A stretch of DNA of 64,000 nucleotides. Source: Squalus acanthias (Eukaryota). A program made the translations under genes and the position numbers. Positions 31,835 through 41,886 of the stretch are shown one piece after another. The stretch spans positions 105,526,001 to 105,590,000 of the forward strand of contig CM059432.1 in the NCBI GenBank assembly GCA_030390025.1. Reading direction: 5' to 3'. Positions within the stretch are counted from its first letter, which is position 1. Each line of letters opens with the position of its first letter. Below the pieces are notes generated by a model, which worked only from the letters and a program-made list of their open reading frames with translations, was not told the origin of the DNA and did no database searches.

Positions 31835-34316
31835 ATGACTGCTGCAAGATCTAAGGTTGCTCCTCGTTTTGATAATGACTCCCTTCATTCTCTTGTGGAG
31901 GGAGTAAGAGGGCGCAGGGAGATTCTGTTCCCTCCCGATGGCCGGAGGAAGCCTCCTCAGCAGACAAAGGCAGCCTAGCTGCAAATTGCTGAGGAGGTAA
32001 GCGCAAGGTTGTTGTGCTCACGCACCTGGGTGCAGTGCCGAAAAAGGTTCAATGATCTGCTACGCTCAGCAAAAGTGAGTATAACATCATACTTACCTTC
32101 AATCTGCTTCCCATCTGTTCTCATCACCAGCACTCTACATTGTCAACCTACTCCTCCACATCCCAACTTACCCTTACTTCCCTTGCACCCTTACCTATCC
32201 CTCTCTCTCTATGCACAGAATCACTTCACCATCCTCTTCTTCTTCTTAGGCAGTCCCTTGGAACCGAGGATGACTTGCTTCCACACTAAAAATGAGTTCT
32301 CAGGTGACTGATGAGTCCAATGCAGGACCTACAGTCTCTGTCACAGGTGGGGCAGATGGTGGTTGAAGGGGCGGGTGGGTGGAGTGCTTGGGTTGACGTG
32401 CGCTCCTTCCGCTGTTTGCGCTTGGCTTCCGCTTGCTCCTGGCAAAGAGACTTGAGGTGTTTGGCGCCTTCCCGGATGCTTCTCCTCCACTTTGAGCAGT
32501 CTAGGGCCAGGGATTCCCAGGTGTCGGTGGGGATGTTGCACTTTTTCAAGGAGGCTTTGAGGGTGTCCTTGAAGCGTTTCCTCTGCCCACCTGGGGCTCT
32601 CTTGCCGTGTCGGAGCTCCGAGTAGAGCGCTTGTTTTGGGAGTCTCATATCGGGCATGCGGACGATGTGACCCGTCCATCGGAGCTGATCGAGCGTGGTC
32701 AAAGCTTCGATGCTGGGGATGTTGGCCTGAGCGAGAACACTGACGTTGGTGCGCCTATCCTGCCAATGGATTTGCAGGATCTTGCGGAGGCAGCGTTGGT
32801 GGTACCTCTCCAGTGCTTTGAGGTGCCTACTTACATGGTCCATGTCTCTGAAGCATACAGGAGGGCGGGTATCACTACTGCTCTGTAGACCCTGAGTTTG
32901 GTGCTGGGTTTGAGGTCCTGGTCTTCAAACACCCCTCACACTCACTCTCACTGTTATGCAATGACAACAACTAACAATGCACAGGGAGGCATCTTGGTAT
33001 TGGCACCTCACTCCATCTTTGTCTCCCTCTAAGCTTCTATGTTATGGGTTCTTTACACTCACTCCATCAATCTCGCTGAAACTCCACTTCTGTCCCTCAT
33101 TGCAGGAAAAGAGAGCCCACAATAAGAGGGAGAGAGGGAGGACAGGAGGAGGTCCACCATCCCTGGTGACTTTAACAAATGCTGAGGAGGCTGTTCTTGA
33201 CATCATCAGAGGTGCAGAGGAGCTGGAAGTGGGGGACGGAGAGACGGGCACAGTAGAGCAAGCTGGTGACAGAATAGATTTGCAACCCTCTCGTTTTGAT
33301 TTCATGAGTGACTGATATGGCATCTGATGTTCATACAGATTGACTTCTGATCATCTGCACAATAGGATGTGTCTGCTACCTAAATATCACATGTCTAACT
33401 CATACCTTTACTCCCCTACAGGACCATCGAGAGCCCCCCTCCCCACTGTCCAGGAGGAAGAGCCGGATGACTCCTCAGAGGAACCCACAGCCTCTGAGGG
33501 AGCAGCATCACCAGAATTCAGCGCACCCAGCTCCAGTGCAGAAATGCACACCTCGGTGGGTCCTTCGCGACATAGAGTAGTATTGTCACCTGGTGTATCA
33601 TAGCTCACAAGTGAGCATCAGCAGGTGGTGGAGACAGCGACAGCAGTGGAAAGTCCTCGTCGGAGGTCGTAGGATGCTCCTAGCTCTGCTCAGCTGTATG
33701 TAGACGCTGTGCTTCTGGGGCCATCCAGAGAGTGGTGCTGGAGCTTCAGGAACAAGTGCAGGAGTCTCTGACAGGGTTTGCCTCCAGGGTAACTGCGAGT
33801 GTGGAGAGAATGGAGGAGTCCATCTCAAACATGAGCAATGTTGTGGTGCACTCAATGGCGAATGTAGGTGCCGCCATGGAAAGGATGGCAACCGCCATGG
33901 AGAACATAAATCGCCAGACTCAAATGAGCATGGTGACTCTTCTAAATAGATGGTTTGCTATGGAGGATAGATGGGCATCTATTGAGGAGAGGAACCAGAG
34001 GCACATGGACATCCCCATTATGAGGACTGTCAGTACAGAGACGGGTCCTCCTGGCCCCACTGATGTGCAGCAAGGTGCTCTCCAGCTACTTGCTAGCAGT
34101 GAAGTGCAGGTGACCCATGAGAGGGATGTTGGTGGTCGACAACAAGGAAGTGTGGGCTCTTCTCCAAGTGCTCACACTACCATGTCACAGCGGAGCCCTA
34201 GGTCAGAGCCTCAGATTCCTCACCCAACTGAGATGGCCGTCTCAGCCCCTGCACAGCCGCAGGAGGAGCAGACTGTTGCGGAGCCCTCCCAGGCTCCCAA
34301 ACCCAGATGGTGGTGA
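31835..34316 (+). pseudogene. Harbinger Myb/SANT (trihelix) DNA-binding gene, three exons (31835-32074, 33106-33265, 33422-~34316)
   Basis: MTAARSKVAPRF..TKAA*LQIAEEV..RTWVQCRKRFNDL | EKRAHNKRERGRTGGGPP | GPSRAP, with GT-AG junctions in compatible phases. Premature TAG at 31976-31978 and 33601-33603. Confidence 0.8.
32235..32933 (-). mobile_element. RTE (BovB-like) LINE 3' fragment in intron 1 of the Myb/SANT gene
   Basis: ERYHQRCLRKILQIHWQDRRTN..RLPKQALYSEL..CPTC..GLISHLRTH and an (AAG)n tail. Confidence 0.85.
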
Positions 34317-34811
34317 GAGTGATAGAAAACCACAGTTTGTTATACAGATGCTGTATGGTGTGTTAAGAAGGTTGGTCAGACATTCATTTCCATGTGCCAG
34401 CCATATGTGGTTGATGCGTAATATTACACAAATCTGGCATGGATGAGTGCATCCCTTGCCTCACGGCCAGCAATGTGCTCGCATTCTGGTGGATTTGGCA
34501 CATCTGCCCCCGCAAGGCGTCTGTTGTGGTTGATAAAGACTCAGCAGAGACTTCGGTACGGAACAATGATCGCTTTATTCAAGTGCACACAGGGAGAGAT
34601 CCTTCTTCCCATCAAAGGTCGAAAGAATTCTCTGATTTTACAACAAGCAACAGCTGCCTTTATGCTCGAAAACCACAAAAGTGAACATGTTGTTTTGCAT
34701 GTACACATTTACTTAGAAAAACCGCAGACATCACGTTGACTGTGGTTCCTGCTTGTCACAGTCACTTGTCTGTCACCTGGGCTGTATGAACTGCTTTTGT
34801 GGTTTTGTTAT

Positions 34812-36011
34812 CTAGGTCACAATGTTCCATTTAGGCCAAGCTTCCCAATGCTCTCTGCGTTTAATTATGTTGGCCTGTGATACCCTAACAGCGTCCCTCA
34901 TCTGTTGTCTCCTCCTCTTCCGAGGAGGCTGTACGCTGAGCCACTTGTTCCTCAGGCAGCGGTAAGCCACGCTGCTGTGCGATGTTGTGCAGGGCACAGC
35001 AGACCACGATGATTCTGGAGACCCTGGCTGGTGTGCACTGTAGGGCTCCACCAGATCTGTCGAGGCATCTGAATCACATTTTGAGCAAGCCGATAGTTTG
35101 CTCTATGATGCTTCTGGTGGAAATGTGTCTCACATTGTAGTGCGCCTCAGCTTCGTTTGATGGCCTCCTCATCGGTGCCATTAGCCACTTTTTCAGGGGA
35201 TAGCCCTTGTCTCCAAGTAGCCATGCGGAAAATTGGGTTGGCGGATTGAAGAGCTGAGGCACAGTAGACTGCCGCAGGATGAACGAGTCATGGCAACGGC
35301 CAGGGAACTTGACGCAAACATGCATAATGTTCTTCCTGTGGTTACACATCAGCTGGACGTTAAGGGAGTGGAAGCCCTTGCGGTTGACAAATACAGCTGG
35401 ATTGTGATGGGGTGCCCTAATGGCCACATGTGTGCAGTCTATGACGCCCTGCACCCTTGGGAAGCCTGCCATATTTGCAAAGCCAACCGCACGCGCAGTT
35501 ACACTTGCTCCATCTGTGGAGAAGTGGATGTAATTGTGCGCCTTTGCAAAGAGGGCATCGGTAACCTGCGTGATGCAAGTGTGTCTGGCTGACTGGGAGA
35601 TGCCGCTGATGATCCCTGGAAGGAGCCCGAAGCAAAGAAGTTGAGTGCGGTGGTGACTTTTACAGCCACTGGTAAGGAGTGCCCACCTGCTCCTCTGGGC
35701 TCCAGATGTTGGTGCAGCATTGCGCAGATGTCAGCGACTACCTCTCGCGAAAGTCTCAGCCTCCTTTGGCACTGCTGCTGACTCATGTTGAGGAAGCTCA
35801 TCCTCGGCCTGTAAACCCTGTGTTGGGGGTATGTCCTGCGGTGAGGTGCAGGCCTGCGCTGACGTCCTGTGCCCTGTGCAGCATCAGATGGCTGAGGAGA
35901 AGGTTGGCGCTCCCGTTGTTGCTGCTGCTGTTGTGCCGGGTTCTGCTGCTGCTGCGGCTGCTCTTCCTCCGATTCTGAGGACCAGGATGAGAGGGTATAA
36001 ATGGTTCCCAA
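34812..36011 (-). pseudogene. Harbinger (HARBI1-like) DDE transposase, frameshifted
   Basis: [63 protein letters not shown]. Confidence 0.88.
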
Positions 36012-36169
36012 CCCGCTGGTATATATCTCAGTTGAGGAAGAGATGTTATAAGCGCTCAGTCAATGTGGCCAGAGGGTATTCCAAGGAGGTCACAGTGCAT
36101 ATCTCAGCTTAAACACTCACAAGCTCAATAGACCTGCAAAATGTGTTCCAAAACTTCAAAGCACAAAGT

Positions 36170-39100
36170 TCTAGGAGGAAGCAGTCAGTGCAGGGATCCT
36201 CCGTGGTCGTTCCCCTCAGTAACAGGTATACCGCTTTGAATACTGTTGAGGGGGACGACTTACCAGTGGTAAGCCACGGTGACCGGATCTCCGGCGCTGG
36301 GTCGGTCCCTGTGGCTCAGAAGGGAAGGGGGGAGAGCAGGAGAGCAATAGTTATTGGGGACTCAATAGTCAGAGGGACAGATAGGAGGTTCTGTGGCAGC
36401 AAAAGAGACTCACGGATGGTATGTTGCCTCCCGGGTGCCAGGGTCCGTGATGTCTCGGACCGTGTTTTCAGAATCCTCAAAGGGGAAGGGGAACAATCAC
36501 AAGTCGTGGTACACATCGGTACCAACGACATAGGTAGGAGAAGGGACGGGGATTTAAAACAGGAATTTAGGGAGCTAGGTTGGAAGCTGAGAGCCAGTAC
36601 AAACCATGTTGTAATTTCTGGTTTGTTGCCGGTGCCACGTGCTAGCGAGTTGAGGAACAGGGAGAGAGTGCAGATAAACACGTGGCTGCAGGGATGGTGT
36701 AGGGGGGAGGGTTTCAGTTATGTGGATAATTGGAGCACATTCTGGGGAAGGTGGGACCTGTACAAACAGGACGGTTTGCACCTGAACCAGAGGGGCACCA
36801 ATATCCTGGGAGGGAAATTTGCTACGGCTCTTCGGGGGGGTTTAAACTAATTTGTCAGGGGGATGGGAAAAAGGGCTGTAGTCCACGAGCCAGTGGTGAG
36901 TGTAGGGAGGTACTGAGGAGGGTATCAAGGTCGCAGGAATGTACCGGCAGACAGGAAGATGGCTTGAAGTGTGTCTACTTCAATGCAAGGAGCATCCGGA
37001 ATAAGGTAGGAGAACTTGGAGCGTGGATTGGTACTTGGGACTACGATGTGGTGGCCATTACGGAGACATGGTTAGAACAGGGACAGGAATGGTTGTTGGA
37101 AGTTCCGGGGTATAGATGTTTCAGTAAGAGTAGGGAAGTTGGTAAGAAAGGTGGGGGAGTAGCATTGTTAATCAAGGATAGTTTAACAGCGGCAGAAAGG
37201 CAGTTCGAGGGGGATCTGCCGTCTGAGGTAATATGGGCTGAAGTTAGAAATAGGAAAGGAGCGGTCACGTTGTTAGGAGTTTTCTACAGGCCCCCAAATA
37301 GTAATAAAGATGTGGAGGAAGAAATTGCAAAGCAGATTATGAATAGGTGTGGAGGTCACAGAGTAGTTGTCATGGGTGACTTCAACTTTCCAAATATTGA
37401 TTGGAACCTTTATAGGTCAAACAGTTCGGATGGGATAGTTTTTGCACAGTGTGTGCAGGAGGGTTTCCTGACACAATATGTGGATAGGCCGACAAGAGGT
37501 GGGGCCACGTTGGATTTGGTACTGGGTAATGAACCGGGCCAAGTGTTTGATTTGTATGTGGGAGAGCACTTTGGAGATAGTGACCACAATTCGGTAACTT
37601 TCACTATTGCAATGGAGAGGGATAGGGCCATACGGCAGGGCAGGGTTTATAATTGGGGGAGGGGTAATTATGATGCGATTAGGCAAGAATTAGGGAGTAT
37701 AAGATGGGAACAGAAACTATCAGGGAAAGGCACAAACGAAAAGTGGAGCTTTTTCATGGAGCAATTACTGCGTGTCCTTGATAGGTATGTCCCTGTCAGG
37801 CAGGGAGGAAATGGCCGAGTGAGAGAACCATGGTTCACAAAAGAGGTTGAATGTCTAGTCAAGAGGAAAAAGGAAGCGTATGTAAGGATGAGAAAACAAG
37901 GTTCAGTTGGGTCGATTGAGGGGTACAAGGTAGCAAGGAATGAGCTAAAAAAAGAGCTTAGGAGAGCTAGGAGGGGGCATGAGAAGTCCTTGGCGGGTCG
38001 GATCAAGAAAAATCCCAAGGCTTTTTACTCTTATGTGAGAAATAAAAGAATGACCAGGGTGAGGGTAGGGCCGGTCAAGGACAGTAGTGGGAACTTGTGC
38101 ATGGAGTCAGAAGAGATAGGAGAGGTGATGAATGAATACTTTTCGTCAGTGTTCACCGAGGAGAGGGGCCATGTTCTTGAGGATGAGAGTGTGATAAAGG
38201 TGGATAGGCTGGAGGTGGTAGATGTTCTGAGGGAAGATGTTTTAGCAATTTTGAAGAACCTGAGGGTTGATAAGTCCCCTGGCCCAGATGGGATATATCC
38301 TAGGATTCTTTGGGAGGCAAGGGAGGAGATTGCAGAGCCTCTGGCTTTGATCTTTGGGTCCTCACTGTCCACGGGGATGGTGCCAGAGGACTGGAGAGTG
38401 GCGAATGTTGTTCCTCTCTTCAAGAAAGGAAATAGGAATGACCCTGGTAATTATAGGCCGGTTAGTCTTACTTCGGTGGTTGGTAGGATAATGGAAAAGG
38501 TCCTGAGGGATAGGATTTATGACCATTTGGAAAGGGGCAACTTAATCAGGGATAGTCAACACGGATTCGTGAAGGGTAAGTCTTGCCTAACAAATTTGAT
38601 TGAATTCTTTGAGGAGGTAACTAAGTGTGTAGATGAAGGTAGAGCAGTTGATGTCGTATACATGGATTTTAGTAAGGCGTTTGATAAGGTTCCCCATGGT
38701 CGTCTCATGAAGAAAGTAAGGAGTTGTGGGATAGAGGGAAATTTGGCCGATTGGATAAGTAACTGGCTAACTCATAGAAGGCAGAGGGTGGTGGTGGATG
38801 GAACATTTTCGGACTGGAGACCAGTTACCAGTGGTGTGCCACAGGGGTCGGTGCTGGGTCCTCTGCTGTTTGTGATTTTTATCAATGACTTGGAGGAGGG
38901 GACTGAAGGGTGGATCAGTAAATTTGCTGATGACACCAAGATTGGTGGAGTAGTGGATGAGGTGGAGGGCAGTTGTAGGCTGCAAAGAGACATTGATAGG
39001 ATGCAGAGCTGGGCCGAAAAATGGCAGATGGAATTTAACCCTGATAAGTGCGAGGTGATTCATTTTGGTAGGGCAAATTTGAATAAGGATTACAGGGTCA

Positions 39101-39836
39101 ACGGCAGGGTTCTGAGGAACGTGGAGGAGCAGAGGGATCTGGGGGTTCATATCCACAGATCTCTGAAGGTTGCCACTCAAGTGGATAGAGCAGTAAAGAA
39201 GGCCTATGGTGTGTTAGCGTTTATTAACAGAGGGTTTGAGTTTAAGAACCGTGAGGTTATGCTGCAACTGTACAGGACCTTGGTGAGACCACATTTGGAA
39301 TATTGTGTGCAGTTCTGGTCACCTCACTATAGGAAGGACGTAGAAGCATTGGAAAGAGTGCAAAGGAGATTTACCAGGATGCTGCCTGGTTTGGGGGGGA
39401 GGTCTTATGAGGAAAGATTGAGGGAGTTGGGGCTTTTCTCTTTAGAGCGGAGGAGGATGAGAGGCGACTTAATAGAGGTTTATAAGATGATGAGGGGGAT
39501 AGATAGAGTGGATGTTCAGAGACTATTTCCTCGGGTAGAGGCAGCTGTTACAAGGGGGCATAACTATAAGGTGCATGGGGGGAGATATAGAAGGGATGTC
39601 CGAGGTAGATTCTTTACTCAGAGAGTGGTTGGGGTGTGGAATGGACTGCCTGCTGTGATAGTGGAGTCGGACACTTTAGGAACTTTCAAGCGGTTATTGG
39701 ATAAGCACATGGAGCACACCAGAGTGATAGGGAGTGTGATAGCTTGATCTTGGTCTCGGACAATGCTCGGCACAACATCGAGGGCCGAAGGGCCTGTACT
39801 GTGCTGTACTGTTCTATGTTCTATGTTCTATGTTCT
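36170..39836 (+). mobile_element. Young CR1 LINE (5'-truncated ORF1, intact ORF2, (TTCTATG)n tail)
   Basis: ORF1 esterase GDSIVRG/HIGTND/DGLHL ends at 36850, ORF2 is open, 7-mer tail at about 39811-39836. Confidence 0.92.
36730..39747 (+). CDS. CR1 ORF2 (APE and RT), uninterrupted
   Basis: 1005-aa [49 protein letters not shown]. True start probably downstream of 36730. Confidence 0.92.
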   Translation: MEHILGKVGPVQTGRFAPEPEGHQYPGREICYGSSGGFKLICQGDGKKGCSPRASGECREVLRRVSRSQECTGRQEDGLKCVYFNARSIRNKVGELGAWIGTWDYDVVAITETWLEQGQEWLLEVPGYRCFSKSREVGKKGGGVALLIKDSLTAAERQFEGDLPSEVIWAEVRNRKGAVTLLGVFYRPPNSNKDVEEEIAKQIMNRCGGHRVVVMGDFNFPNIDWNLYRSNSSDGIVFAQCVQEGFLTQYVDRPTRGGATLDLVLGNEPGQVFDLYVGEHFGDSDHNSVTFTIAMERDRAIRQGRVYNWGRGNYDAIRQELGSIRWEQKLSGKGTNEKWSFFMEQLLRVLDRYVPVRQGGNGRVREPWFTKEVECLVKRKKEAYVRMRKQGSVGSIEGYKVARNELKKELRRARRGHEKSLAGRIKKNPKAFYSYVRNKRMTRVRVGPVKDSSGNLCMESEEIGEVMNEYFSSVFTEERGHVLEDESVIKVDRLEVVDVLREDVLAILKNLRVDKSPGPDGIYPRILWEAREEIAEPLALIFGSSLSTGMVPEDWRVANVVPLFKKGNRNDPGNYRPVSLTSVVGRIMEKVLRDRIYDHLERGNLIRDSQHGFVKGKSCLTNLIEFFEEVTKCVDEGRAVDVVYMDFSKAFDKVPHGRLMKKVRSCGIEGNLADWISNWLTHRRQRVVVDGTFSDWRPVTSGVPQGSVLGPLLFVIFINDLEEGTEGWISKFADDTKIGGVVDEVEGSCRLQRDIDRMQSWAEKWQMEFNPDKCEVIHFGRANLNKDYRVNGRVLRNVEEQRDLGVHIHRSLKVATQVDRAVKKAYGVLAFINRGFEFKNREVMLQLYRTLVRPHLEYCVQFWSPHYRKDVEALERVQRRFTRMLPGLGGRSYEERLRELGLFSLERRRMRGDLIEVYKMMRGIDRVDVQRLFPRVEAAVTRGHNYKVHGGRYRRDVRGRFFTQRVVGVWNGLPAVIVESDTLGTFKRLLDKHMEHTRVIGSVIA

Positions 39837-40057
39837 GGCATCTACCACAGAAGGCAGTTAAGTTCAAATCATTAAATATATTTAAGAAGGAGTTAGATAT
39901 ATTTCTTAAGGCTAAGGGGATCAAGGGATATGGGGAGAAAGCAGGGACAGGGTAATGAATTTGGATGATCAGCCATGATCGCATTGAATGGCGAAGCAGG
40001 CTCGAGGGGCCGAATGGCCTACTCCTGCTTCTGTCTTCTATGTTTCTATGTTTCTAT
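39837..40057 (+). mobile_element. Short CR1 3' end
   Basis: Similar to the reverse complement of 20311-20520; (TTTCTATG)n tail. Confidence 0.8.
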
Positions 40058-41886
40058 CTGAAAGTGAGCAATGTTGCACAACTGCATTTATGCTGCAGGA
40101 GCAGCTGTCAACAATTCACCTACTTGCTGAACCCTGCACAATTAGCTGGCGTGTTTGTCACATGATGGGCAACACGCTGAAAATGTTGTAAAATGGGAAG
40201 AGCCAGTAAAAAAGGGATTAGCTAGGCAGTTAACAAGCTGTTAACTGCCTTAAGTACCTCTCCTGCCCTTTGGTGTCGGGTCTGATCGGGACTCGCAGAT
40301 CCGACACTTTGTAAAGTTGCATGGAGGCGGGATGGTGGCGGGTTCGCAACCCGCTCTCAATCATTTGGATTTTAACTTGTGACCCGCCTCCAAACCTGCC
40401 CTCTGAGCACCGGCAAAATCGTGGCCTTTGTGTCTGTCTTCACGGAAGAAGTCGCAAAAAACTTCCCAGAAATAGTGGAGAACCAAGGGTCTAGCGAGAA
40501 TGAGGAACTGAAAGAAATTAGTATTAGTAAAAAAATAGTACTGGTGAAATTAATGGCACTGAAAGCCGATAAATCCCCTTGACCTGATGGACTACATCGT
40601 GGGGTTTTGAAAGAGGTGGCTATAGAGATAGTGGATGCATTGGTTGTCATCTTCCAAAATTCCATAGATTCTAGAATGGTTCCCGCGGATTGGAAGGTAG
40701 CAAATGTAACCCCACTATTTAAGAAAGGAGGGAGAGAAAAAACAGGGAACTACAGACCAGTTAGCCTGACATCAGTAGTAGGGAAAATTCTAGAATCTAT
40801 TATTAAGGACGTGGAAAATACTTATTGGATTGGGTAGAGTCGACACGGATTTATGAAAAGGAAATCGTGTTTGACAAATCTGTTGAGTTTTTGAGGTTGT
40901 AACTAGCAGAATAGATGAGGGGGAACCAGTGGATGTGCTGTATTTGGATTTTCAGAAGGCATTCGATAAGGTGCCACACAAAAGGTTATTAAACAAAATT
41001 AGGGCTCATGGGATTGTGGGTAATATACTAGCATGGATTGAGGATTGGTTAACGGACAGAAAACAGAGAGTAGGAATAAACGGGTCATTTTCGGGTTGGC
41101 AGGCTGTAACTGGTGGGGTACCACAAGGATCAGTGCTTGGGCCTCAGCTATTCACAATCTACATCAATGATTTGGATGAGGTGACCAAATGTAATATATC
41201 CAAGTTTGCTAATGATACAAAGCTGGGTGGGAATGTAAGTTGTGAGTAGGATAAAAGGAGGCTTCAAGGGGATATAGACAGGCTAAGTGAGTGGGCAAGA
41301 ACATGGCAAATGGAATATAATGTGGAGAAATGTGAAGTTATCCACTTTGGTAGGAAAAATAGAAAAGCAGAGTATTTTTTAAATGGTGAGACATTGGGAA
41401 ATGTTGGTGTTCAGAGGGACCTGGGTGTCCTTGTACACGAATCACTGAAAGTTAACATGCAGGTACAGCAAGCAATTTGGAAAGCAAATGGTATGTTGGC
41501 TTTTATTGCAAGAGGATTTGAGTATAAGAGTAAAGACGTCTTACTGCAATTATATAGGGCCCTGGTGAGACCACACCTGGAGTATTGTGTACAGTTTTGT
41601 TCTCCTTACCTAAGGAAGGATATACTTGCCATAGAGGGAGTGCAACGAAGGTTCACCAGACTGGTTCCTGGGATGGGGTGATTGTACTATGCGGAGAGAT
41701 TGAGTAGACTAGGCCTATATTCTCTAGAGTTTAGAAGAATGAGAGGTAATCGCATTGAAACATATAAAATTCTTACAGGACTTGACAGGGTAGATGCAGG
41801 GAGGATGTTTCCCCTGACTGGGGAGTCTAGAACCAGGGGTCACAGTCTCAGAATAAGGGGTCGGCAATTTAGGACTGAGATGAGGA

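Larger units (their letters stand above)
31570..40426. mobile_element. Complete two-gene PIF/Harbinger transposon (decayed) carrying RTE and CR1 inserts
   Basis: TIRs GGCCGCGATTTT and AAAATCGTGGCC, TSD TTT (31567-31569 and 40427-40429), convergent Myb/SANT (+) and transposase (-) genes. Confidence 0.88.
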
